Positions 10,732 to 23,701 of a stretch of DNA of 64,000 bases are shown here, one piece after another. The notes beneath the pieces were generated by a model. That model saw only the letters and a program-made list of their open reading frames with translations, did no database searches and was not told where the DNA came from. The DNA is from Ruminococcaceae bacterium UBA1767. Its GTDB lineage: Bacteria > Bacillota > Clostridia > Oscillospirales > Acutalibacteraceae. The translations under genes and the position numbers were made by a program. Within the stretch, counting starts at the first letter, position 1; every line of letters begins with the position of its first letter. Location: the NCBI GenBank assembly GCA_002315505.1, contig DCGX01000057.1:2240-66239 (forward strand). Direction: 5' to 3'.

Positions 10732-12072
10732 ATGGATTTTACAGGTAAAAAAGTATTGGTAATCGGTCTTGCACGAAGCGGTATGGCGGCTATCAGGGTT
10801 TTAAATAAATTAGGCGCAACAATAACTCTTTCCGAAAGAAAAAAAGCAGAAGAGCTCAAGGAATTTGACTTTCTTACATCAATCGGTGTCGAAATCGTTG
10901 ACCAGAGTATGTCGGTTTTTGAAAGAGATTACGACCTCGTTGTCAAGAATCCCGGTGTGCCGTTCCGCAGTCCTATGATTGAAAAGCTCAACGAGAGAAA
11001 TATCCCCATCATCACAGAAATTGAGCTTGCATATATTGTATCAAAGCCACAGCATTTCATCGCTATCACGGGTACAAACGGCAAAACAACTACAACATCC
11101 CTTACCTTTGATATTCTCAACAAGGCATTTCCGGGCAAGGCTCATCTTTGCGGTAACATCGGCATTCCCTTTTGTGAAATCGTAATGGAAAACAATCTTA
11201 TGGAAGAAGCCGACCATTATATTGCTCTTGAAATTTCTAACTTCCAGCTTATTAATATCGATAAATTCCGTCCCGAGGTTGCAACAATTATCAATCTCAC
11301 TCCTGACCACGTTGATTTTCACGGCACACTTGATGCATACTATAAAGCAAAGACAGAAGTGTACAGAAATATGGTCGATGCAGATGTATTTATTAAAAAT
11401 ACTGACGATGCACTCGTTAACGAATACACAGAGAAATATCCCGTTAACTGTACTGTTAAGACAATGAGCCTTGACAACGATGCCGATTGCTGTATCAAAG
11501 ACGGATTTATGTGCTTCTGTGGTGAAAAGGTTCTTCCTGTTTCCTGCATTAAATTAGTCGGAAAACACAATTTGCAGAATGTTATTCTTGCCGTTTCAAT
11601 GGCAAAGGCTATCGGTGTTTCTAATGAAGACATATGCGAGGCGGTTTCTGCCTTCAAGGGTGTTGAGCATAGAATAGAATTCCTGCGTGAAATCAACGGT
11701 GTTCGTTATTACAACGATTCAAAGGGCACTAACACAGATGCCACAATCACGGCGCTTAAAGCCTTTGACAAGGGAGTAATTCTTCTTGTCGGCGGATTTG
11801 AAAAAGGTCTTTCAATGGACGAAATGAAAAAGCATCTCGGTTGTGTAAAAAAGGTTATCGGCTTCGGTGCCTGCGGTCCCCGTCTTGTAAAAGACCTTGT
11901 CGGCGATGACGGAATTGTTGTTACTGACTTGAACGAAGCTACCGCTGAAGCTGTTAAAATTGCAGAAAGCGGAGATACTGTCCTCCTCTCACCTACCACA
12001 AGCTCCTTTGACCAGTATTCCTGCTTTGAAGAGCGTGGCGACCACTTCAGAAAAATTGTAAATTTACTTTAA
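10732..12072 (+). CDS. murD: UDP-N-acetylmuramoyl-L-alanine--D-glutamate ligase
   Basis: MDFTGKKVLVIGLARSG; GTNGKTTT P-loop; Mur ligase C-terminal domain. The ATG at 10732 follows GGAGG at 10718-10722, so the track start at 10696 is probably too early. Confidence 0.9.
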   Translation: MDFTGKKVLVIGLARSGMAAIRVLNKLGATITLSERKKAEELKEFDFLTSIGVEIVDQSMSVFERDYDLVVKNPGVPFRSPMIEKLNERNIPIITEIELAYIVSKPQHFIAITGTNGKTTTTSLTFDILNKAFPGKAHLCGNIGIPFCEIVMENNLMEEADHYIALEISNFQLINIDKFRPEVATIINLTPDHVDFHGTLDAYYKAKTEVYRNMVDADVFIKNTDDALVNEYTEKYPVNCTVKTMSLDNDADCCIKDGFMCFCGEKVLPVSCIKLVGKHNLQNVILAVSMAKAIGVSNEDICEAVSAFKGVEHRIEFLREINGVRYYNDSKGTNTDATITALKAFDKGVILLVGGFEKGLSMDEMKKHLGCVKKVIGFGACGPRLVKDLVGDDGIVVTDLNEATAEAVKIAESGDTVLLSPTTSSFDQYSCFEERGDHFRKIVNLL

Positions 12073-12094
12073 GCATCGCCTTAGGAGGCACACT

Positions 12095-12904
12095 ATGAAC
12101 AATGAAAAATATATAGGTGTTTTTGATTCGGGTATCGGTGGACTAACCGTTGTGAAAAGTATTGTCGAATCAATGCCCGATGAAAATATTATATATTTCG
12201 GTGATACGGCTCACGTTCCGTACGGCACCCGTTCAAAAGAACAGATTATTGAATACGTTCTCAATGACGTTAAATTTCTGAGCGGTTTTGACATCAAAGC
12301 GATTGTTATCGCCTGCAACACAGCAGATGCCGCCGCAAGGGAAACGGTAATAGAAAAATATCCCGACATTCCTGTTTTCGGTGTTGTTGAGCCCGCATCA
12401 AAAAAGGTTGCTCTTGCCACAAAAAACAACAAAATCGGTATCATCGCTACAAATGCAACGGTTGACAGCGGCTCATACGAGAAAAATATTGCAAAGTTCA
12501 ACCCCGATGCCGAGGTTTTCAGTGTTGCCTGTCCTCTTCTCGTTCCTCTCGTTGAAAACGGAAGATTCAAAAAGGGAGATAACGTCATTGAAAAGGTACT
12601 TACGGAATATCTCTCCGAGCTTAAAGAAAAGCAGGTTGACACTCTCGTTTTAGGCTGTACTCATTATCCTTTGCTTCACGATATTATTGCCGACATTATG
12701 GGAGACGGTGTCGAAATAATAAGCTCATCCGTTGCGGCGGCTGACACTTTAAAAAAAGAGCTTGAAGCAAGAGATATGCTCAAAACCACTCCATCAAGTG
12801 AGAGAAAATATTTTGTCAGTGACAATGCCGCCCACTTTGAAAAGCAGGCTCTTATTTTTATGGGAGATGCACTCGGCGGAACAGTCGGTCAGGTTGATAT
12901 ATAA
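12095..12904 (+). CDS. murI: glutamate racemase
   Basis: FDSGIGGLTV, ACNTA and GCTHYP catalytic Cys motifs. Confidence 0.92.
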   Translation: MNNEKYIGVFDSGIGGLTVVKSIVESMPDENIIYFGDTAHVPYGTRSKEQIIEYVLNDVKFLSGFDIKAIVIACNTADAAARETVIEKYPDIPVFGVVEPASKKVALATKNNKIGIIATNATVDSGSYEKNIAKFNPDAEVFSVACPLLVPLVENGRFKKGDNVIEKVLTEYLSELKEKQVDTLVLGCTHYPLLHDIIADIMGDGVEIISSSVAAADTLKKELEARDMLKTTPSSERKYFVSDNAAHFEKQALIFMGDALGGTVGQVDI

Positions 12905-12910
12905 GGTTTT

Positions 12911-12945
12911 TGCGACCGTGCTGATGCATAGTCGCATTATTTTTT
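12911..12945 (+). terminator. possible weak terminator after murI
   Basis: TGCGAC...GTCGCA 6-bp stem followed by TTATTTTTT. The stem is short and the loop long. Confidence 0.35.
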
Positions 12946-12973
12946 CATAAAATAAACTAAGGACGGTGAAAAA

Positions 12974-15400
12974 ATGAAGCAATTCAATGTTACGGGAATG
13001 AGCTGTGCGGCTTGCAGTGCAAGAGTTGAAAAGGCAGTTTATTCGGTTAACGGTGTTACTATGTGCAATGTGAATCTGTTGACAAGCTCGATGAGTGTTG
13101 ACGGAAGTGCGAGTATTGAAAGCATTATTTCAGCTGTCGAAAAAGCAGGCTACGGTGCATCTGTAAAAGAGAATAATCAAATAAAGCAATCGTCTGAGGA
13201 CGCACAAACAGGCAAACTTTCAAAAAGATTAATTTCTTCGCTCATATTATTAATTGTCCTTATGTACTTTTCAATGGGACATACAATGCTTCATTTTCCG
13301 CTACCTTCGTTCTTTGAAAATACTGTGATACTCAGCACTGTACAGCTCCTGCTGACAGTAATAATAATGTTGATAAACCGCAGTTTTTTCATAAACGGCT
13401 TCAAAGGTCTTATTCACCGCTCACCGAATATGGACACACTTGTTGCGCTCGGCTCGTCAGCGGCATTTATTTACAGTACAGTTGAGCTTGTTAAAATATC
13501 TGCCTCATCTGAAATGCCCGATTTGTATTTTGAATCAGCGGCAATGATATTGACACTTATCACAGTAGGAAAAACACTTGAAGCACGTTCAAAGGGCAAA
13601 ACAACTGACGCATTAAAAGGACTCATCGACCTTGCTCCGAAAAATGCATCGGTAATCAGGGACGAAAAAGAAATATCCATACCCATCGGGCAGGTCAGAA
13701 TCGGCGACATTTTTACAGTACGCCCCGGAGAAAGCATACCTGTTGACGGAATTGTGATTGAAGGAAGCAGTGCGATAAACGAATCCGCTCTCACGGGTGA
13801 AAGTCTGCCGATTGATAAGGAGATAAATGATGAGGTTTCATCGGGAACTGTAAATCTTTCGGGATTTTTAAAATGCAGGGCTATCCACGTCGGCAATGAT
13901 ACCGCGCTTGCAAAAATAATAAAAGCCGTCAGTGATGCATCTGCAACAAAAGCGCCTGTCGCAAAAATTGCAGACAGGGTTTCGGGAATATTTGTTCCGA
14001 TTGTAATGGTCATTGCCATCATCACAACCATTGTCTGGACTGTAATCAGCAACGATTTCGGATTTGCTCTTGCACGTGGAATTTCCGTGCTTGTAATCAG
14101 CTGTCCGTGTGCGCTCGGACTTGCAACTCCTGTTGCGATTATGGTCGGAAACGGAATCGGAGCCAAAAACGGTATTCTCTTCAAAAACGCAGCAGCACTT
14201 GAAAACACGGGTAAAATTGATATAGTTGTACTCGATAAAACAGGTACAATCACAGAAGGTAAGCCAAAGGTTACCGACATCATTCCGATAAATACAGACA
14301 AAAACGAGCTTGTAAAAATATCTGCTTCACTTGAAGCGAAAAGTGAGCATCCGCTCGCCGGGGCAATAGTCGAATATGCAGGAAAAAACGAGCTTTACGA
14401 AACGAAAGACTTCTCGGTCTCTTCGGGCAACGGATTATCTGCAACTATCAATGGCGAAAAGGTTTTCGGCGGAAAGCTCGAATTCATCGAAAATTTTGCA
14501 AAAATAAACGATAACGTAATCACACAAGTCGATATGCTTGCACAAAGCGGAAAAACGCCGATGCTTTTCTGCAGGAACAATGAACTGCTCGGAATAATTG
14601 CCGTTGCAGATACAATAAAAAAAGACAGTAAGCAGGCAATTTCAACATTGAAAAATACGGGACTTCGTGTTGTTATGCTTACAGGTGACAATCGCAAAAC
14701 TGCCGAGGCAATCGGCAGGCAAATCGGAATTAATGAGATTATCTCCGACGTCCTTCCGACTCAGAAGGAAGAAATAATCCGAAAATTAAAAATCGAAGGC
14801 ATGGTCGCAATGGTCGGTGACGGAATCAATGATGCACCTGCCCTGACAAGTGCAGATATCGGAATTGCACTCGGCACAGGTACAGATATTGCCATAGATG
14901 CGGCAGATGTAGTTATTCTTAAAAGCGGACTGACCGATGTTACAAACTCAATCAGCTTAAGCTCACAAACTTTGAAAATAATTCATCAGAATCTTTTTTG
15001 GGCATTCTTTTATAACACAATCGGAATTCCACTTGCTGCAGGAGTATTCGTACCGCTCGGATTAACTCTCAATCCGATTTTCGGTGCGGCGGCAATGAGT
15101 TTATCGAGCTTTTGTGTTATATCAAATGCGCTGAGATTAGATCTGTTTAAACCAATGAAAATTTCACGAAAGGCGGAAATTAATATGTCAGAAAACAAGC
15201 AAACAAAAATTATCAATGTCGAGGGTATGATGTGTCCTCACTGCGAGGCAAGAGTAAAAACTGCCCTTGAAGCAATTGACGGAGTTGTGTCTGCACTCCC
15301 GAATCACGAAAAAAATTCGGTTGAATTAGTGCTTTCAAAAGACATATCCGATGCAGAATTAAAAAAAGTTATCGAAGAACAGGGATATAAGGTAATTTAG
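12974..15400 (+). CDS. copA: copper-translocating P1B-type ATPase with N-terminal and C-terminal HMA domains
   Basis: GMSCAACSARVEKA (N-terminal HMA), CPC motif (SCPCALGLATP), DKTGT, GDGINDAP, and a second HMA at the C-terminus (GMMCPHCEARVKTA). Confidence 0.92.
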   Translation: MKQFNVTGMSCAACSARVEKAVYSVNGVTMCNVNLLTSSMSVDGSASIESIISAVEKAGYGASVKENNQIKQSSEDAQTGKLSKRLISSLILLIVLMYFSMGHTMLHFPLPSFFENTVILSTVQLLLTVIIMLINRSFFINGFKGLIHRSPNMDTLVALGSSAAFIYSTVELVKISASSEMPDLYFESAAMILTLITVGKTLEARSKGKTTDALKGLIDLAPKNASVIRDEKEISIPIGQVRIGDIFTVRPGESIPVDGIVIEGSSAINESALTGESLPIDKEINDEVSSGTVNLSGFLKCRAIHVGNDTALAKIIKAVSDASATKAPVAKIADRVSGIFVPIVMVIAIITTIVWTVISNDFGFALARGISVLVISCPCALGLATPVAIMVGNGIGAKNGILFKNAAALENTGKIDIVVLDKTGTITEGKPKVTDIIPINTDKNELVKISASLEAKSEHPLAGAIVEYAGKNELYETKDFSVSSGNGLSATINGEKVFGGKLEFIENFAKINDNVITQVDMLAQSGKTPMLFCRNNELLGIIAVADTIKKDSKQAISTLKNTGLRVVMLTGDNRKTAEAIGRQIGINEIISDVLPTQKEEIIRKLKIEGMVAMVGDGINDAPALTSADIGIALGTGTDIAIDAADVVILKSGLTDVTNSISLSSQTLKIIHQNLFWAFFYNTIGIPLAAGVFVPLGLTLNPIFGAAAMSLSSFCVISNALRLDLFKPMKISRKAEINMSENKQTKIINVEGMMCPHCEARVKTALEAIDGVVSALPNHEKNSVELVLSKDISDAELKKVIEEQGYKVI

Positions 15401-15402
15401 TG

Positions 15403-15431
15403 TTGACTTATGTATATTTTTTTGATAAAAT
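15403..15431 (+). promoter_or_regulatory. sigma-A promoter for the M28 peptidase gene
   Basis: TTGACT, 17-nt spacer, TGa-TAAAAT. Confidence 0.5.
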
Positions 15432-15464
15432 ATACAATAAATTAATTCAAAAGGAGATATTTTT

Positions 15465-16682
15465 ATGGACCTTAGCTCAATTATTGCAAAAAAAGACTGG
15501 GCCGCTAAGTATATGGTTAAAGAAATTACCCATATCATCAAGAAATTTGAAAAGCGTGACCCCGGCTCAAAAGGAGAATTGCAGGCATGTGAATACATGG
15601 CAAAAGTTCTCAAGAAGGATTGCGGTTGTGACCGTGTAAGCGTTGAATCATTTGAGGAGAACCCCGGTTCCTTCTTCGGCTGGCTCTACTTTACACTTTC
15701 GTTTGTTCTTGCCGCTATTGTTTTCTTTTTCCTGAACCTTCCAATCGTATCAGTTCTTCTTATCGTTGCTGGTCTTGCAATAGCAATGCTTCAGTTCGGT
15801 CTTTATAAAAAAACTGTTGACAAGTGCTTCCCGCAGAAGACAGGTCACAATGTTACAGCTCTTAAAAAACCTACAGGCGAAGTTAAGCGTCGTATCATCT
15901 TCAACGGACATCCCGATGCCGCATGGGAGTGGCCTGTAAACTATGCACTCGGTGGTGTTGGCTTCGAAGGTCACGCAATCATCGGCTTTGCAGGTGCTTT
16001 CTATTATCTTATCCTTTCAATCATCAAGCTCGTAAATGCAAACGCTGATCTTAAGACCGCATCACTCGTAGGTCTTATCTTTGTTCCGTTCCTCATCGGT
16101 CTTTATTTCATGTGGAACAAGCACAGAATCGTTGACGGCGCTAATGACAACCTTTCCGGTTGCTACATGGGTATCGCAATTCTCAAGGCACTCAAGGATG
16201 AAGGCATTGAGCTTGAAAATACAGAGCTCGGCGTTGTTCTTACAGGTTCTGAGGAAGCAGGTCTTCGTGGTGCCAAGGCATGGTGCGAAGCTCACAAGGG
16301 TGAATTCGATGATGTTCCGACATTTATCTACTCATATGATACAATCTTTGACCCGAAGTATCTCATGGTTAACTACCGTGACCTTAATGCTACAGTTAAG
16401 GCTGACAAGGACGTTTCCGACCTCTTCATGGAGTCAGCTAACGAGCTCGGCATCAAGATTTCCAAGGGTATGGTTCCTCCTCTCGGTGGTGCTACAGACT
16501 CAGCTGCTTTTGCACAGGCAGGCTTCCGTGCAACAGGTATCACAGGTCTTAACCACAAGCTCGAAAACTACTACCACACTCGCCGTGATACATTCGACAA
16601 CATGAATCTTGAAGGACTTGCAGGTTGCTTCGCAGCTTCAGTTAAGGTTCTTGAAAAGTTCGACAACGGTGCAAAGCAGTAA
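15465..16682 (+). CDS. membrane-embedded M28-family metallopeptidase
   Basis: M28 ligand motifs GHPDA, GANDNLSG, GSEEAGLRGA, GATDS, YHTRRD. Internal hydrophobic TM segments. Confidence 0.7.
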   Translation: MDLSSIIAKKDWAAKYMVKEITHIIKKFEKRDPGSKGELQACEYMAKVLKKDCGCDRVSVESFEENPGSFFGWLYFTLSFVLAAIVFFFLNLPIVSVLLIVAGLAIAMLQFGLYKKTVDKCFPQKTGHNVTALKKPTGEVKRRIIFNGHPDAAWEWPVNYALGGVGFEGHAIIGFAGAFYYLILSIIKLVNANADLKTASLVGLIFVPFLIGLYFMWNKHRIVDGANDNLSGCYMGIAILKALKDEGIELENTELGVVLTGSEEAGLRGAKAWCEAHKGEFDDVPTFIYSYDTIFDPKYLMVNYRDLNATVKADKDVSDLFMESANELGIKISKGMVPPLGGATDSAAFAQAGFRATGITGLNHKLENYYHTRRDTFDNMNLEGLAGCFAASVKVLEKFDNGAKQ

Positions 16683-16703
16683 TACATAATTAAACAGATT
16701 AAA

Positions 16704-16729
16704 ATGCTCACTTCGGTGGGCATTTTTTT
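16704..16729 (+). terminator. rho-independent terminator
   Basis: ATGCTCAC-ttcg-GTGGGCAT (one G-U pair) followed by TTTTTTT. Confidence 0.8.
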
Positions 16730-16845
16730 AATGCACAATTCACAATGCAAAATGCACAATGAGATTCTTTCTGCTCCTCAGAATAGCATAGGTTTTATAT
16801 ATCGTGTAGGACAGGTGGCTATGCTCCTGCCCTACAACAAACAAA
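16730..16845 (+). repeat. hairpin-rich intergenic repeat element, copy A
   Basis: Module order: AATGCACAAT-like units x3, then CTCCTCAG..AGCATAG, then the imperfect hairpin GTAGGACAGG..CCTGCCCTAC, then ACAACAAAC. Related modules occur at 60151-60250 and 61836-61942. Confidence 0.55.
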
Positions 16846-16979
16846 AATCGTAAAAACATACTTGAACAAACTGGCTCAAAATAAATAATAATTATTTTTA
16901 AAAAAATATATAGTAATTTTTTTTAATATGTGATATAATATCTTAAATTTTGTTAAATTATTATCGGAGGAATTGACGG

Positions 16980-17363
16980 ATGAAAAAAATCGACCCCGTT
17001 GTGCTTAAGGAAACCGCCTTTATTGCCGCTTTTACGATTATTTTCAGCGGTATTATGCAGGCCGTTTTCATTGCTTTAGGCGCCTGGGGTTACAAGGTTG
17101 TTCTCGGTAATCTGCTCGGTGCATCCGGCGCCGTTCTGAACTTTTTCCTCATGGCACTCACAGTTCAGAAATCAGTCGGACTTGAAGGTGACGAGGCTAA
17201 AACGAAAGTCCGTTTTTCTCAGATGGGGCGCTTGTTTATGCTTGCAATGATTGCCATTGTCGGCGGAGTTGCTCCGTGCTTTGACATCGTTGCGGTGCTT
17301 ATCCCCTATCTTTTCCCGAGAATTGCAATTTTCTTTCGACCGTATTTTAACAAGAAAGGCTAA
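16980..17363 (+). CDS. ATP synthase protein I-like (AtpI/AtpZ) small membrane protein
   Basis: 127 aa with four hydrophobic helices, sitting immediately upstream of atpB. GGAGG RBS. Confidence 0.5.
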   Translation: MKKIDPVVLKETAFIAAFTIIFSGIMQAVFIALGAWGYKVVLGNLLGASGAVLNFFLMALTVQKSVGLEGDEAKTKVRFSQMGRLFMLAMIAIVGGVAPCFDIVAVLIPYLFPRIAIFFRPYFNKKG

Positions 17364-17378
17364 TGGAGGTGATATTTA

Positions 17379-18594
<1,216 letters not shown>

Positions 18595-18612
18595 TTGTCG
18601 GGAGTGTAGCAA

Positions 18613-19111
18613 ATGCAATCTTTAGATGTCATATCCATAAACATATGGCAGATTTTGATTTCTCTTTTGAATCTGTTGCTTATATTCCTTATCTTCAAAA
18701 AATTCCTGTACAAGCCTGTTAGAAAGTTTTTAGACCAGCGTCAGAAAGCTGTTGATGACCAGTACAAGCGAGCTGAGGAAGCTGAAAACAGCGCAAACAA
18801 GGCTAAGGATGAATATGAAGAAAGACTCCGAGGTGCAAAAGCCGAGGCTGACGATATTATCAAGTCAGCTACCGCTACTGCAGACCTTCGTGGAAATAAG
18901 ATTCTCACAGACGCAAAAGAAAAAGCCGACGGTATGCTCAGGCAGGCTGAGAGCGAAATCGAACTCGAAAAGAAGAAAGCCGAGGATGATATTCGTAAGG
19001 AAATCGCCGACGTTTCTTCCGTTCTCACAGAAAAGGTTCTTGAGCGTGAAATTAACAGAGATGATCATCGTGAGTTTATTGACTCCTTTATTAAAGGAAT
19101 AGGTGATAACA

Positions 19112-19128
<17 letters not shown>
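18613..19128 (+). CDS. atpF: F0F1 ATP synthase subunit b
   Basis: N-terminal TM helix followed by a long charged coiled coil. Operon position fits. Confidence 0.88.
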
Positions 19129-21131
<2,003 letters not shown>

Positions 21132-21137
21132 CAGTAA

Positions 21138-21941
21138 GTGGGTGCAAATACAAAAACACTCAGAAGCAGAATCAAAAGTGTTGATTCAACCTTACATCTT
21201 ACCAAGGCAATGGGACTTGTTGCCTCCTCGAAAATAAGAGGTGCAACTGCAGCGATGATGAAAAGCCGTGACTATTCCGGTGCGGTTGACTGTATTGTAA
21301 ATCAGCTCACACAAAGTCCCGAATGTGCTAAAAGTCCGTATATGCAAACAAAAGAGAACGGCAAAATCTGTCTTGTTGTTATCGCAGGTGACAGAGGTCT
21401 TGCCGGCGGCTATAATGCAAACATTTTCCGTGAAACAGCTCAGTACAATGATGCTGTGATTGTTCCAATCGGCAAGCGTGCGCATGACCGTTTCGGCGGA
21501 GAGCTTTATTCTTCGGAGAAATTCTCTGTTGAGGATTGTCACGAGCTTTCCAAAAAGCTCTGCAAGCAATTCTGTGACGGTGAGTTTGACAGACTCGGTA
21601 TTGTTTGCACGGAGTATGTTTCAATGCTCACGCAAAATGCATACACACAATGGATTCTCCCTCTTGAAAGAAAAGAGACGGAAAGCGGCACAGGTGTAAT
21701 ATTCGAGCCGAGTGAAAGATATATTCTTGACAGAGCCGTGCCCGAATATGTTACAGGTAAAATATTTGCAGCGGTGCGTGAAAGCTACGCAAGTGAAGTA
21801 GTTGCCCGTCGAATGGCTATGGATTCGGCAGGTAAGAACGCACAGCAGATGATAGATGATCTCCAGCTTCAGTATAACAGAGCCCGTCAGGGTGCTATTA
21901 CTCAGGAGATTACCGAAATCATTGCCGGCAGCGGCAGCTAA
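21138..21941 (+). CDS. atpG: F0F1 ATP synthase subunit gamma
   Basis: C-terminal LQLQYNRARQGAITQEITEII signature. GTG start after AGGTGA. Confidence 0.93.
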   Translation: MGANTKTLRSRIKSVDSTLHLTKAMGLVASSKIRGATAAMMKSRDYSGAVDCIVNQLTQSPECAKSPYMQTKENGKICLVVIAGDRGLAGGYNANIFRETAQYNDAVIVPIGKRAHDRFGGELYSSEKFSVEDCHELSKKLCKQFCDGEFDRLGIVCTEYVSMLTQNAYTQWILPLERKETESGTGVIFEPSERYILDRAVPEYVTGKIFAAVRESYASEVVARRMAMDSAGKNAQQMIDDLQLQYNRARQGAITQEITEIIAGSGS

Positions 21942-21944
21942 TGA

Positions 21945-23345
<1,401 letters not shown>

Positions 23346-23348
23346 ACT

Positions 23349-23609
23349 ATGAACACTTTCAAGCTCATTGTTTCCTCACCCGACGGAAACAAATTCGAGG
23401 GTGATGCGGAAATGCTGACAGTTCGCGGTATCGAGGGTGATTTGGCTGTTTTAGCAGGTCACATTCCGTTTGTAACCACCTTAAAGCCTTGTGATTGTAA
23501 GATTTTTCTTCCCGACGGAACTGAAAAAATCGGCTCTGTTGACGGAGGTTTGCTCACAGTTTCAAGTGAACGGGTTACCCTTTTGTCGGGCAGCTTTAAC
23601 TGGAAATAA
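23349..23609 (+). CDS. atpC: F0F1 ATP synthase subunit epsilon, N-terminal beta-sandwich domain only (86 aa)
   Basis: LIVSSPDGNKFEGDAEMLTVRGIEGDLAVLAGHIPFVTTL matches the epsilon N-domain. The ORF ends where the C-terminal helical hairpin would begin, and a terminator follows. Confidence 0.85.
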   Translation: MNTFKLIVSSPDGNKFEGDAEMLTVRGIEGDLAVLAGHIPFVTTLKPCDCKIFLPDGTEKIGSVDGGLLTVSSERVTLLSGSFNWK

Positions 23610-23615
23610 ATATTT

Positions 23616-23649
23616 ACACCGATCAGCTTATGCTTTTCGGTGTTTTTTT
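23616..23649 (+). terminator. rho-independent terminator of the atp operon
   Basis: ACACCGA...TCGGTGT stem followed by TTTTTTT. Confidence 0.8.
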
Positions 23650-23650
23650 A

Positions 23651-23679
23651 TTGACTAAAAAGTTACAATATGTTACAAT
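23651..23679 (+). promoter_or_regulatory. strong sigma-A promoter (extended -10)
   Basis: TTGACT (23651-23656), 17-nt spacer, TGt-TACAAT (23674-23679). Confidence 0.7.
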
Positions 23680-23701
23680 GTTGCATATTATTCGGAGGAT
23701 A

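Noticed and set aside
15185-15400. A separate copZ gene downstream of copA.
   Set aside because: No stop codon separates it from copA; the frame is continuous. I therefore called it a fused C-terminal HMA domain and noted the internal-initiation idea as a low-interest finding.
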